The translations under genes were made by a program, and so were the position numbers. Under the pieces are notes generated by a model, which saw nothing but the letters and a program-made list of their open reading frames with translations, made no database searches and had not been told where the DNA came from. A stretch of 51,649 bases of DNA, counting the filler, from Cladosporium halotolerans (taxonomy: Eukaryota): NCBI RefSeq assembly GCF_011745625.1. It is 2 parts of 2 records of this genome, joined end to end, with 100 filler letters (N's around TTAATTAATTAA, not from the genome) between each part and the next. Parts side by side here need not be neighbours in the genome. Positions count along the whole stretch, not along the records: positions 26,383 to 51,649 come from NW_027191538.1; 1 more part is not named here. One strand, written 5' to 3'. Below are positions 32,142 to 45,499 of this stretch, one piece after another (the first letter of the stretch is position 1; the number at the start of each line of letters is the position of its first letter).

Positions 32142-34249
32142 CGCAACGCATATTGGGAGCGCGAAGGCATGGGAGTGAATCAATCCAGATCTCATGGCTT
32201 TAGTTTGATTGATGGTTGATCGTTTACTCCACATCGTCCAACTTGATTAGTTGATTGGCCGATTTGGCATTAGTGGCGGCAACTGCGTCATCTACAGGCT
32301 ATCGTACTCTTTACCAGACACATCCGACGTATTGTCAGGTACTGCGTTCACGTTACAAGAGCCCATCATGATTACCGATTTCTCAAAACGGCCACCGTGT
32401 AGACATGCGCTGTCGCACCGTGTTTGCGCCGAAATCTCAATCCTCCAGCTCTCTTTTATTCGAAAGTGGCCGTGAAGATGTCACTATCACAATTCCTATT
32501 GATCGAGTGCTTTTGCCTCGTGTGTTGCGCCACAGTAGAAGATGCGCGCGTTTTCTGGATCATGTGACCTTTCGGAAACGGGGGTTTCACGTCTCCATGA
32601 TAGGGTCGCGTGCAAAACAGAAATTCCAACTCGTCTCGGTTGAAGAGCCGTTAGACATGCTGCCAGATCTAAAATGTGTTCTTTTTGATTTTGCAGGCTG
32701 CGTTTGTGTCCTTTTCAACGCCGCCAGTCTACGTCCTGACGTTTTTGGCGATCTCCAGGCTCGACTATGCCATTGACTCAGCATTGTTTTTTTTGGCTAG
32801 CAGCCGACAGGCTCGCGGCGCAACGACACGCGCTACGCGGGATTCGATTCTGGCGCGTTTCTGCGCGCGTTCATTGGCTGACGATTAATTGTTACTGTTG
32901 GCGAGCTTACTGTGCTTCGGAGCTTTACACCAACCTTCGCCCTACTGTCGCATGGAATTTATCAATCTATATTGACACTCGCCAATAAATCGATTGATCA
33001 TGAGGTGCAGCTTAGTCTGATTGCCTATGGATCTATCAATCAATGAAGTTACCAAGAAAAGAAATCAATCTTGCACACTCCTGACCTCGGACAAAGTCAT
33101 GCAGAATTATCAGAGCAGGATAGCATGGGATGACTTGCATCTCAGGCGGCGATGTACAGATTTTTCGCTTTTGAAATTTTCGTGAATGACTTGCTGTGAG
33201 TGTTCCAATCTGCAATCCTGAAGACGGCGTACGCAAATACAAGCCTGGCTTCGGCAGTTCGATATTGAGATCGATCGGAGGCAAGCTCAAATCCTCACGT
33301 AATAAAATATCTGCTGAGGCGTTTAATTATATCAGAATTCTCTTGCTGGGCAAGAGACGATCGAGTTGCAACAAATCCAAGGCTCTGATTTTATCTTGGA
33401 ATAGGTTTCATCTGACTTCGGTGCTATGGCCAAACCACCGCCTATAAGTCAAAGCGCAAGCGAGCTTCGGGCAACTTCAGGAGTGACGCATTGTTTCATA
33501 AGAAAAAATAAAAGATAAAAAATTAAGAGAGGGATTCAATCCGTGTCGATGCTGGTCCGATGTCACGGCCGTATGGAATCGGGACATCTCTTCAATCTGC
33601 CAAGGCTAATCTGAATCTGTGCATTTTACGGAGCTTTTTCCGGGAGGCTGCCCCTCGTGGTGACAGGCACAAGGAGTCACGTCCGACACCGACGACGCTA
33701 GCGAATACCGTGGAGTGGAGTATCGCCCAACTCTCCAAGAGCGTTCCGATGGAAGATCCTACAGATTCCTTCTTTCTTGCTTTGTCTTACTCTGCACTGA
33801 TCTAGGAACGCTTGAATGGGCAGACCCCGATGCGATTGCGAAGCATGATATTGACATTGCGATTGACTTGAAAACGGAATCTACTATTGTGGGCTCGTAA
33901 GCCCTTCTGATGCGGCTAGACGAGTAGCAGCGTCCAATCTCCCCTGTTCCATGCGGCCGCCTGCATATGGCCAATGAGCGATGACTGATCTCGACATTTC
34001 CCCACCCACTGTGAGATCGATGCTTTTGCGGCTCGAGCGGCAAATTGTGTCTGTTGCGACATCTGCTGAGACGGGCTTCCTTGATCGCCCGCCTCTTTTT
34101 CCAAAGTGGACTTGCATCGTGAACATTCTGTGCGATGCCTTTGGTTCAGTTGCGCTCCCGCTTGTTAGCTCACCCTCCTATCCGTAATGCCGATTGAGAG
34201 TAACACCGTAAGTGGCCAACGCACTTTTGCTCACGGTGACAAGGCTGCA

Positions 34250-36511
34250 ATGGCTGCGCAAGCTTGTGAAACGTGCAGATCAAGGTAAGCAAAGTACCGA
34301 GGGATAGCGGACCTCTCACTTGCCTCGAGGCCGGGCCCCTTACTGACGGTCAGGCAGGAAAAGCAAGTGCGACGAACAGCGGCCAAAATGTAAGGGCGCG
34401 TGTGTGAACAGTCTTTTGGCCAGGAGCTAATAAACCTCAGGCGGTCTATGCCGGCGGCTAGATGCAGAGTGTATCTATCGAGAGCCATTGCCTATGAAGT
34501 CAGCCGTCTCCCACGCAACAATAGGCAACAGGTATCGATTACGATGTACTGACCTAGCTTCAGAAAAGACAGGACCTTAGTACATATTCTGGAAGCCCTT
34601 GTCCGCATAGAGGCAAAGCTTGATGATTCACTACTCGTGAGCCAGAGCCAGTCAGCAATCCAGACCGGAACACAGTGCAACGAGCTGACACCGCAACATG
34701 ATCAAAATCGGCGCCACGATTTTTCATACGTCCCGCAGACGGCCTCAAAGCTGCCACAGGAAAAGCCGCATTTCACGATACCACACAAGGTCATGCTCTG
34801 GCCGAGCATCTACCAACACCTGGCAAACGAGCGCGTCGAAACCGTCCCAAGCTTGCATCATGCGTTCCACGAAGGCACGCCGTGGATTGTGAAGCAGGCG
34901 CTCAACTTACAGCCTACAGGCTCCCACGCTCACGCAGCCGCGGCTGGCTTTAAAACTCCGGACCCGCTCACGACAAGCTCCATCAACTCAAACCTGTGCA
35001 CCACGTTCATTCTTAGGGAGGCCCAAGAGTTGGCCGACGCATACTTCGAGACTTTCAACATGCTCTATCCCATTCTCGACCGCGATATGTTCCAGAAAGG
35101 AATAATCGACCGCTTGGCTAGCAACGGGTACGTGGAGGGAGAAGCTTCTACTGTCCTCGCGTTGACTGTTTTCGCCTTGGGATCAGTCGCTATGGAGGGT
35201 GTCTTCGGCTCGTCTGTTAGCGTGCAGAAAGGCGTCCGCAGCGGATTCCGTGGTGGCAGAGCGCAAACGCCGCCGGGTATCGACATCTTTAATGCAGCCC
35301 GGCGCCAGACAGGGTTTGTCATGACACTATGCACGCTAGAGAATGCCCAAATCTTCCTGCTTCAAGCCTCATACTATGAGACGGCTGTCCGGCATCTGGA
35401 CTTTTGGCGTTGCACCGTAGCGGCGTCGATGGCTTGTCGAATCATCATACGCTGTGGCAACTTCGACTGGGCTTCACAGGAAGGCGACATGATAAAGCGT
35501 GTCTACTGGACCTGTGTGATCAGCGAGGATCTGTTCCACCTCGAGCTTGACCTTCCGGATAGCGGTATTTGTGCCTTGGAGGACGAAGTGCCTCTGCCTC
35601 ATTTTCACGAAGGACAGACGGCAGACCATCAATCGGCTATATGCGATGAATACCAATCTCTATACCAATATCATTTCTTGGCAATGGTAACCTTGAGAAA
35701 AGTGTTTGCGCGGATTCGAAAGATGATCTACAGCGGTAAGTGGCGACCCTAGCCAACGCAAACGGTTCAATCGAGTCTAACGTCCTTCTTCGTAGCCCCG
35801 GTAGAACCACATCACTCTGAGAGTTGGAGCGCGCCATCCCTTTCGTTGGTCTCAGAATTGGCGCGACAGCTTGACTCCTGGCGGGCAGTCTTGCCATGGC
35901 AGGTCCAGTGGTTTGACGAAGATGTCTTCGGCTTTCCGAGATCAGATTCCGCTGAAAGTCGCCCCCGTGAGCCACTGTTCTCATATGACCTAGAAGCAAT
36001 GCCGATTAACCACCAACATAACATTGACGTGGCTACTGCACAGCTACGGACGCGTTTCTATCAAGCGCGGTACCTTCTGTTTCGCCCTTTCGTCTACAAA
36101 GCCCTTCACTTTCCGGCCTTGATGACAGATCATGACAGTCACTATGCGAGCCTGGCAATGGAGTCAGTTTGTCAATGGCCTATCCTCACGTCACCTCCAA
36201 AAGACAAAAAGCGTCTCGTGCCTCATCACTTTGCATGGACGCAGAACTGCATCAGCATTCTGCTCATCATCCGTATGACGGCAGCGAACGAGGCTTTGGA
36301 ACGAATGTGCTTCAGATACGTCGATTCCATGGCGTTGAGAAAGACAGCCGCTTTGATGTTACAGTGGCTGAGGGATCTGAAGCAGATTGACGGTATCGCT
36401 GAATGGAGCTTGCAGATTTTGGAACCACTGTTTATAGAAGAATTGGGAACTGGCGATGATTCAGGTTTTGCTCTTAGGGAGAAGCAACCACGTAGAGCTC
36501 ATGTTCCCTAA
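34250..36511 (+). CDS. Zn(II)2Cys6 transcription factor with a fungal-specific TF domain, ~670 aa
   Basis: Exons 34250-34284, 34358-34389, 34441-34498, 34564-35735 and 35796-36511 splice in frame. [72 protein letters not shown]. A possible extra micro-exon starts at 34187. Confidence 0.9.
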
Positions 36512-37178
36512 CGATCGAGCATAGGATAGTAGTCATTGCTGGAAAACAAGACACACATCCCATCTGAAGTTTTCAGCCGCATGACTGACCTTGCGAGCTG
36601 CTCGGCGTGAATTCCAGAGATCCGAACGCGTTTGCTTGAGCCCTTATTGACCTTGTTCATTGGTAAACCTCGATGTGTCATTGTGGAGGAGAAGTCATTT
36701 TGGAGGAGAAGTCAAATTGAATTCGGCTCGAAGCTTTGTAATTCGTGCTATATGCTGACACAGTATGCAGGTCCCAACCCCAATGATTACCGGATCATCA
36801 AACCTCGCGCAGAGCGCGGCTATCTGGGTGTGGTCATGACGTAACTTTGGCGAAGCGGTCGCGAGCACAGCATTGGTTTGTGTCTGTGCGCAGTGTAACC
36901 GTAACCGCCGCGTCATCAAGCGCGACCGTACGAGATGTAGCACAGTGCCAGTCCTTAGCGATCTGTGCCGAGGGTGAACGCTCAGGCCGTGGATCACGGA
37001 AGGATCGTTGTTCTCTTATGAACTGGCAAACACGATACCATCGGAAGGGACGAATCAATATTACCTCATTTGTGAGCTCTGTGAGACTGGTATCTGGTGG
37101 TCGTTTGGTCGCAGTTTGCTGATTACAGCCCATAGCGACCGATACACTCCTTGCAGTGACCGACTTTTCGGACGCAAC

Positions 37179-38801
37179 ATGCATTCCCATCGCAAAGCCG
37201 CCGTCAACTCGCTCTCTTCGGAGCTGCTTGCACATGTCATGTCCTACCTTTCGGCGTCATGTCCGGGAGATATCGCAAGCTGTCGCCTTGTGAATCGTGC
37301 CTTCAACGAGCATAGCTCGCCTTATCTAATACCCCGCGTCTTGTTTGCTCGACGGCTCGACGTCCTATCGAGGCTTTGCCAAATCATGACCCATCCGTAC
37401 TTTAGCCTGCACGTTACCGAGCTTGTGTATGATGGCAGTGCATACTCCGAAGCAACAGCGCTCGACTTGGATCAGTATGTGGAGGATTGTGAACGCGCAC
37501 CGCGAGATTTGCGAGATGAGCGTTGGATGTCACGACAGCGTTGCATTCGAGCCACACGAAGAGAGATCCTGCGTTTTTGCCGTGATAGAGACGGAAAGCT
37601 GCAACCAGATGAACCGACTACCGCACAAAGCAGACAACTGTCAAGAGAGCTTGATGTGGAAACGTCACCATTTGCCGCATCAGTCGGGGCTGATGATTGT
37701 CGTTTGGCTTGCAGCTTTGCATTTGCAACCTACCAACAGCGCTACAGGGATCAGGAATGGATATCGAGCGAAGCAGTTGATATGAGCGTACTGCTTGCTG
37801 CATTCACTCGTTTCCCAAAGCTTCGCAGTATTGTTGCTACTGATTACCGCAGTCTAGCGCGCCGCGGCGAGAGCTACGACGAATGCTGCCGGCGGCTGTT
37901 TGGCAAGACACTCGAGCCCCAGCATGTCGGTGCTGGCGGAGAGACTGGCGTTGCGGGTGATTGTCTCTTTTCTTTAATGGAGATCCTTGCAAAGACATCG
38001 AAAACGCAGGTAAACCGTTTAGCTGTCGGGCCCCACGCGTTCGAGTACACTGGCGAAGACGCGAGCGAGCTGGCCGATCCTTATCACCCACGGAATCCAC
38101 GGTATCTTGACGTCGGCTCGTTCCATGGCATCCCCCTTGGTCCTTGCTCCGCAGTCGCTGGAGTTCTCGGTCATTTGGAAACGCTTCGCCTTGTACTTTG
38201 CTACAGTGGCAATCGCTCAGACGAAGACCACGTGCGCGATCAGCTCCGCCAGTTCCTACGATCTGCAGCGCCTCGCCTCCAAGTCCTGACCCTGAACATG
38301 ATCTATCTGTTCTGGGGCGGTCGAGAGGAAATACCCAGGGTGAGCGAGAGTGTTCGTTTCGATGTATTTCCATCTGTCCTGGCACCAATCCGTATGCCGT
38401 ATCTTCGGTCACTCAGCCTCCGTCGCTGGATCTTTACCGCTGATAAGCTAAAAGCATTTCTACTTGCTCACACTGAGACGCTTTGCGACCTCCATCTGCT
38501 CGCATGCCTTTGTGGAGACGACGAATGGGCGCTCGCTCACTGGGGAAGTCAGAATCTCAATCTGACTAGTGTCGAACTCACAGGCTTTCTTGCTGTCTTG
38601 GACTACGGGAGCGCGAATCCACACCATTGGCAGAATGTGAGCAAGACACAATGGAATGAGATGCGACCGGATGTGAACGAGCAGCATGCAAGGGCATTGG
38701 AGGGTATATGGCTACGAGGTCGGCCAAATAAGGTGATAAGACAACAGAGGCAAGAAGATATGCCAAGTAGGGATTGGTGGAAATGGCCGAAGGAGGCATA
38801 G
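37179..38801 (+). CDS. F-box-like domain protein, intronless, 540 aa
   Basis: N-terminal SLSSELLAHVMSYL...DIASCRLVNRAF. C-terminal LRR-like segments (LRSLSLRRW, TLCDLHL). The ORF stays open upstream to 37008. Confidence 0.75.
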   Translation: MHSHRKAAVNSLSSELLAHVMSYLSASCPGDIASCRLVNRAFNEHSSPYLIPRVLFARRLDVLSRLCQIMTHPYFSLHVTELVYDGSAYSEATALDLDQYVEDCERAPRDLRDERWMSRQRCIRATRREILRFCRDRDGKLQPDEPTTAQSRQLSRELDVETSPFAASVGADDCRLACSFAFATYQQRYRDQEWISSEAVDMSVLLAAFTRFPKLRSIVATDYRSLARRGESYDECCRRLFGKTLEPQHVGAGGETGVAGDCLFSLMEILAKTSKTQVNRLAVGPHAFEYTGEDASELADPYHPRNPRYLDVGSFHGIPLGPCSAVAGVLGHLETLRLVLCYSGNRSDEDHVRDQLRQFLRSAAPRLQVLTLNMIYLFWGGREEIPRVSESVRFDVFPSVLAPIRMPYLRSLSLRRWIFTADKLKAFLLAHTETLCDLHLLACLCGDDEWALAHWGSQNLNLTSVELTGFLAVLDYGSANPHHWQNVSKTQWNEMRPDVNEQHARALEGIWLRGRPNKVIRQQRQEDMPSRDWWKWPKEA

Positions 38802-41800
38802 CCTTCGCTGACCTTGAAGAGTTTGTGCCTAGATTCTTGTAAGACAGTCAAGTCAGCTGTTTGCAAATACGTACGGGGTTTGGAAAGAAACCCTTCGTCT
38901 CACTGTTCAAGGTCAGATCACTGCTGCTTTCGCATTCACACGCTCACGTTTGAACCGTTTTGGGGCTTTGATCTGTAATGGGTTGTTCCGGCCTCCACTT
39001 TGGACTGTGCTCATTGCTCACTGCTACCCACGGAACCTCTGCATCATCCCTTCGGAATTTCTTGACGCTGTCTTGCTAGACCGAGTGACACGTGATAGAA
39101 GCAGCAGGTAGATCAGCGCCTCAACAGAAACCCAGACTATTCCATCAGATTTTGAAGAAGATGGAAGCACTGTGTCGTCTCCAATTGCTGAAAAAGGAGG
39201 GCAAAGCTTTTCAAGACACATGCGACATGACGAGAATTGTGATGGCGGCGTTACTTCAAGCGCAAAGTTCACACATACTGGCTCCACTTCATATTTCAAA
39301 GCTCGATCTCATAAACACAAAGGTTCCGATCGATCCCTAGAGAAATTGGTGTACTGCTCTTTTCCTTCACGCCATAACACATCATCTGCAAGCGGCTTTG
39401 TGAGGTAAACACACCAGACTTGTGGTAAGGTGCTTTGCCAAAACCGCAAGATGAGTTCGGGGGCGAGGGATTCGGAAGGCACCCACTGAGGTCCCACGCA
39501 ACATGATAGCACTTGGTAACACGGACCACGCAACGGCGTACATGAAGAGTGGCTTTCCGGAGACTCCTGATCGCTGGAATTTGTCGGTCGCGAGTACTTT
39601 GTTGACCGGCTGGATCCGATACCACCAGGCGCCCTCTAACGACTGATTATTAGAATTGCGTAGAACGTTCCATATCTTTGCCAAATCTGGGTATTTGACG
39701 CATTATGACTGGCGAGGTAAGCGTCTTGGGCTGCTGGTGTTTCAACATATGATGTCCTATCTGTTGCAGCCACTCGAGTTACCGGTATCAGGGCACCGTA
39801 TCTACCCCTCATTGTCGAGCACAGCTTACCTCAGCTATACCGAAAGAATGAGATAGGAGTAAATGTATATCGAGCCACTCTCTCTGAATTAAGGTTGCCA
39901 ATAGCACCGGCCCTCTTGACGGAGCGGGGTCCGTGTACTGATGCAGAGCAGCCGATGATGCTCGAAAGGTATCCCCTGTCATGACGTCACTATATGTCCC
40001 AGTAGATCTGCTCCACACCACTGAAGCTCCACTATCGCGCCTAAGCTTCAGAAGAGGAACGGCTCGGCAGTTGTGCACTGCGGCGCAGAGCAAGTTCTGC
40101 ATTGATCTGCATGGCTGTCGGAGGTTCTCCGTGGAGGGTGCAGGCGGCAACGAAGTCCTGACCCGGTCTGAATGAGTGACTTCGCAGAGCTGCTGACTAG
40201 GGCTGGAAGCTGTGGTCAGACGATGTCGCGCAGTCAAACATCTGTGATTCGCCCGGCCGCTGCCGCACTAAGTGGGGAATGCGATGCGAGCAAGCAAGCC
40301 AGTCAAGCCACGCTGTCTCAGTGATTCTGATGCCAAATGCTGAATTTCTACGAAGTTCTACACTTATGCGGCCAATGAGGCTGTTTGCTTGGCATTTTTT
40401 GAGCTGAGAGCTGCTTGTCATCATCCCACTTTTGGCGGCTTTGACGTCCTTATCAAAAGGGGCCACGTTAAGAGCTACCCATCGTTACATCCACGTGCGA
40501 CATCTTTCTGCTCCACAAGTGCTATCACCGTGTCCGACAAGCAAATCTCCGCAGTTGTTCTTCCAATGACCAGGAACGAAGTGGTTCCCACGAACTTGAA
40601 GGCGACGACGAGCCACGCAGGCTGCAGTGGGGCTGAGAGTGCGACCATCCGCGAAAGGGACACCGACACTGACACCCTGTTACCGGCTGATGGTTACAGA
40701 ACCAGCGTGAGCTCAACCTCGCCGGGTCTCTACAGAGGCCTTCGCTTGTCCCAAATGCCTACGCTATGCGTATCGTCGAAGGACCGCAATGAGATGTTTA
40801 GACTCACTTCTGAATGCTAGCCTACTCGACAATCTGGACCAGCCTCTCACCGGCCGCAAAATCACATGGGAAGCTCACCCACATTGGCGGGACTTGAGCT
40901 CAGCATAAGCAAGGTCAAGGCAGAGACACACAGCCTTGAAGCTCTTGTATATGCGATGCAGCACGTTTCAGACGAAGACGCGAGCACGCTCCTTGCAAAA
41001 TTACGACTCGGTATTTCGGTAGAGGAATTGGTAGCGCCCCTTGAAAGATTACCCCAGGGACGTTCCTGTCGTTGAAGCGTCGTTGCAACGCGCCACCTGA
41101 CTATCCAGAAGGTCTTCCGGACGGATACCCGTCGTGCATAGACTGTACATATATGGAAACGGCGCATCATGCGAACAACTTATCCCCGCAGTTTGAGTGG
41201 CCCTTTAGCATCAGGGCTGCCACGAGTGACGCTGAATGCTATGGAGGGTATGTACTTGTTTCATACAAGCGTCCCCAGGTCGATAGTTGTAGGTATGAAC
41301 TGAAACATGGCAGCGTCATGGCTTTCCTTCCGAGACGCGAGATATCTTACAGGCTTCGAGGTTCCACTTTGATCGAGCATCGGCCACGTGCAAGGGCGAG
41401 GATGAACACCACTGCGTTCCGCGATACTGTAATACAAGCGGATCTTATTACGCTTGTGCGAAGGTCCTGCGCCGGAGTCCGTCTAGTTTGGTCCGCGCTG
41501 ACGATTTTGGCGCGAAAAACGCCAGAGGTAAAACAGAGAGCAGCCATAGTGGGAATGAGCGTTAACCGCAGCTCAACTTAGCGGCAAGAAAACAAGACGC
41601 CTTGCACGCGAGGGGCCATCGCACCCGACTTCCTCTGCTACCATCCGAATTTTCAGCTGGACGCAGTCTTGGTCTGCCGCTTGATACTAACAGGTGGTCA
41701 GAGAGACCGCCGATTGCGAGTGAATTGCCAAAGTCGACTCTTCTCTGGAAGCTAAGCCATTTGCTTGTAATCACGCTTTCAAGTGTGGCAATCAAGTGTA

Positions 41801-42660
41801 TGTTTACATTCAAGTCCACACCCGACATCTGATAATGCTAGCCGCGAAATTTATGTCGATGCGCTCGGTGGCATCCACAAGTCGCTTTGACCTGCAGAAC
41901 GATGCACCGCGACCGGACCGGCAGGTACCTGGTCGACCGCACCACAAAGCAAAGCGCATATTAGTCGAGGATACCTTTTTAAGCAGGTGTGCAAGAGGAA
42001 ATTAGATATTGAGAACACCACATTGGCTAGTCACATTTTTGCAGCGTGTATCTGATTCGATGACTGACCATTTCCTTTCTTGGTGCTTTCGTGCCGAGCA
42101 GTGGCACGCACGAAGAGCTGGCAGTGCCGTAGCAACACTAGCCCTCCGCAGTTGCCAGGACTGTCTGTTCATTTGAGTCTCGTTCGTGGATCGATACATC
42201 GGTGCCGTTATTCCGCGAAGCTCTCTTCATCGACAAGCGCGTGAGCGACGAGTCAGAATCGAACCGTCCACCCTGGCAAACTGAATGTGACGGGTGATTC
42301 ACGGTCTGTTCAAGACTAGGTTCTAGGGGCTTCGGACTTACATCCGGCGCTATCGATCATATGACCATGTTAAACGTCACCAACACCAGGCCTCCCTTGT
42401 TCCTGTGACAAATTTGAACGGCCTTCCTTTTGAGGGCTTGCTTTCGGTGTATTACCATTCGGTCACACCTTTCCAGAGTGTCGATGTGCATCCTGTCAAA
42501 ACTCACCGCATAAGCCGATATTCTATCTTGTGAACTCGACCCCTAGTGTCTTATTTGTTATAGCGTGTCTACAGCTTTTCCAATCAGTACTGGCGAAAAC
42601 ATTGCCAATGCGATTGGCAAAATCACATGTGGCTTATTGATCGACCGCCCGAGCGCTATC

Positions 42661-44377
42661 ATGTGTCCGGCGAGCCTACGCCGTGGAGATCGTAAGCAAG
42701 TCGCAGTATGTCAGCTCGCTACAAATATCATGCAGTAAATGAGTCACGTCGACTAACCACTCGTACGAGGTCGCTTGCGAGAATTGCAGAAGAAGGAAAT
42801 CAAGAGTACGTACACTTCCGACATCTTTTGGTAGCAAACATGGTTACCTGAAACACATTTGCTAGTGCGATGGTGGTCGTCCTCATTGCATATCCTGCAA
42901 GACAAGACACTTGCGCTGCCAATATTCAGGCGAAGATGCTGCCTCGACAAACAATGCCTTCAAGAGAAAATACTTCGCCCTTCGTGAGGACTATGTACTG
43001 CAGAAGGCGGAGCTCGACCACCACAAATCCGTACTAGTGGGCAGGTCAGGGCTGCAAACCTTTCAAAACGAAGAAACGACATCGACCTCTGCCCGACTCT
43101 TTTCCCCAGGATATCAATCCGACCGAGACTTGCAGAATGGATTCCCGCAAGAGCCAAATGTCTGCCCGTCGGAGGTGTTTTCAGCTTTAATGACACGATC
43201 CGACCGTGACAGTGTTGCTCTTCTTGCTCGTCTGCGCTCGGGAGAGAGCTGGCAGCAAATCGAATCCGACCTGCGACGCAATGATACGCTCGCGAGCAAA
43301 GCCGTGAGGTATGTTGGAAAGCACTCACCTAAATTCCGGCCGCATCATTGAGCAAAAGATTGATAGTCAGTCTGCGAATCACAGAATCGATCTGTCATCT
43401 TCCATTTCATGTGATCGCCATGCGAAGAATTATCTCCCCAGTCACGCGCCCGATTCTGAGAAGAAGCAATGGCTCCCTTTATTGTTCGACATTCGATACT
43501 TTGCGGCTGTCGATCGCATACCTTGCACCAGTCATGAGAGACGAGCTCTGCATGCGTCCGTCCTCAATCCCAAGGGCTTTGGTAATCTACCCTTTTCGAG
43601 CGCTGTATATGCGAATCACCACGTTCGTGCTGTTCAGCAAATGCAAGAGCACAATCTTTTCGCAGCTCCGTGGGAGATGCGGACGCTCGGCAATGCAGCA
43701 ACGCCGCAAGATGATCCGTTCGAGGGAATACTTGCCGAATTGCTGGCCGACCTCTCCCATAGTCAAAATGCCGAAGAACTTTGCGGCCCTCACGCTTTCA
43801 TTGGAGCCCTCGATGACGAAGACGTATACATGAGGGCCCCAAAACTATCTCAGATCGTCGCGAGCATTGCGAAGAGCATCAGGCCAGAAGCGAGCAGCTC
43901 TTCATTCACACAGTATGCGATCATGCATTGGCACTGGGCACTTTTGAGGTGGATGCTTGAGCCAATAAAACGACACTATTACACTATTCCGGAAACTGCC
44001 AGGCCCACTGCGCGTCAGCTTTTCGTTCCTCATGCACGGGTCTTCGATTTCCTAATTGAGCCGGCTTTGCGAGAATTCATGTGCAGGGACGAACCTCCAA
44101 ATGTTCAATGGCTCACAGAAGCCACTGTCACAATTCAATGTGATTGGCAGAGGGGCTTGAGTGAGGCGTTGTGTAAGGATGGTCGGACTATGGAGCTCGA
44201 CCTGACTCCTATCAGCAAGGTATTGTGCTCTTCGTTGACGCGATTAACAATGGGCTCCTGTTATCACTAATACCATCACAGAACCACATTGCGAGTGGGC
44301 AGAACTGGTCAGTTGGTGCTGCTGTAAGGCTTCAACTGAAGAACGCAGACTTCTACATTAGGGTTAGACAAATGTAG
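42661..44377 (+). CDS. Zn(II)2Cys6 transcription factor with a C-terminal DUF3425-like region, 5 exons, ~490 aa
   Basis: Exons 42661-42705, 42770-42805, 42866-43308, 43367-44219 and 44282-44377 splice in frame. VACENCRRRKSR|CDGGRPHCISCKTRHLRCQY; LLRWMLEP...RPTARQLFVPH..FDFLIEPALRE...NWSVG. Confidence 0.85.
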
Positions 44378-45499
44378 CGTGGTGCAATCAGGTGCCTGCC
44401 AACGCCCGAAATGAATCTTATGATATTCAGGCGTCTGACGTCGACTTGCCATCCGAGCAGACGCGCGTGCTTGTGAAGCTCGTTACATACGCTACTATAC
44501 GCTGATACGCTGAACAGTTCGAGCCTGCCGCAAGAGGGCAACATTGAAGGATTGGCTCTGATATGCCTGAGTCCACGTTATGAGTGGCGATCGAACGATA
44601 AATGTACAAACTGTCATTCAAGCCATGATCTGTGATTCAAACCCAGAAGGCCAAGCTATTGATTTGAAGCGCATTTCTTGAAAACGCAAGCAAAATGGTG
44701 TGGCCAACCCATATATCATCTTTGGGGGAAAGGAAAAAAAAAAAGGAAAAAAAAAGTGGTGATCGACGCGCGGACTGGAGGAAGCCGAAGCATTCAGGCC
44801 TCTCTGCAGCTAGGCTTCCCGATGTGCCCGGTGACGTCCATCTTTCCGTCACTGCCAGTTCCAGTGGGTTGTGGTGAAGATTGGTGTAGAAGAAATGATC
44901 AAGCTGTGTATTTACTGCTAGGGCCATCGACTCCCTTATCACCTCCAGTGTGCCTGTGGCGGTGTGGATGCTTGAACTGATGTGGGGAGCACACTAGGTT
45001 GAATTCCTCACGGCTTATGTCAGATGCCCACTCGGTTAAATAATAATGAAAGCCATCAGTCAGGAGAGGCGCGACAGGCTCGCTGGCAGCAGCCATGCAT
45101 CTTAGCTGCTACACGGGACACCAGCTCCCGAATAGTGCTCGTAAGGCAGTCGCGCGTCATGGCGACGTGACCGCAGAGGACATTGTCGCATGTGTTGAGA
45201 TCTTTGAACCTTGTGACCACGTCACGTGAGTTGTGAAGTCTGGTGTCTGAGAGGTCGGGTTTGGTCTCGATAAAGAGGAGTGTGAAAGTGATGAAGTGGT
45301 GAAGCAATAGTTTGGTGTTTGTTTATTCGAAGCAACCGCTTGGACAGGCAAATGTGAGTCACAATTTCTTTTGGGGTTCCTATATACTAAGGAGCTTCGC
45401 ACTGTAATTACAGTCATCAGTGCAATCAGTGTGGTTGGTTGGTTTGTTGGTTTCATCCTACACGGTTTGAGCCGCGATATCCTGCAGCTATGCCCGGAA

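Noticed and set aside
44729..44756. A-rich run as a retroelement tail
   Set aside because: It is interrupted by GG and lacks the LINE terminal motif or upstream ORF2 similarity.
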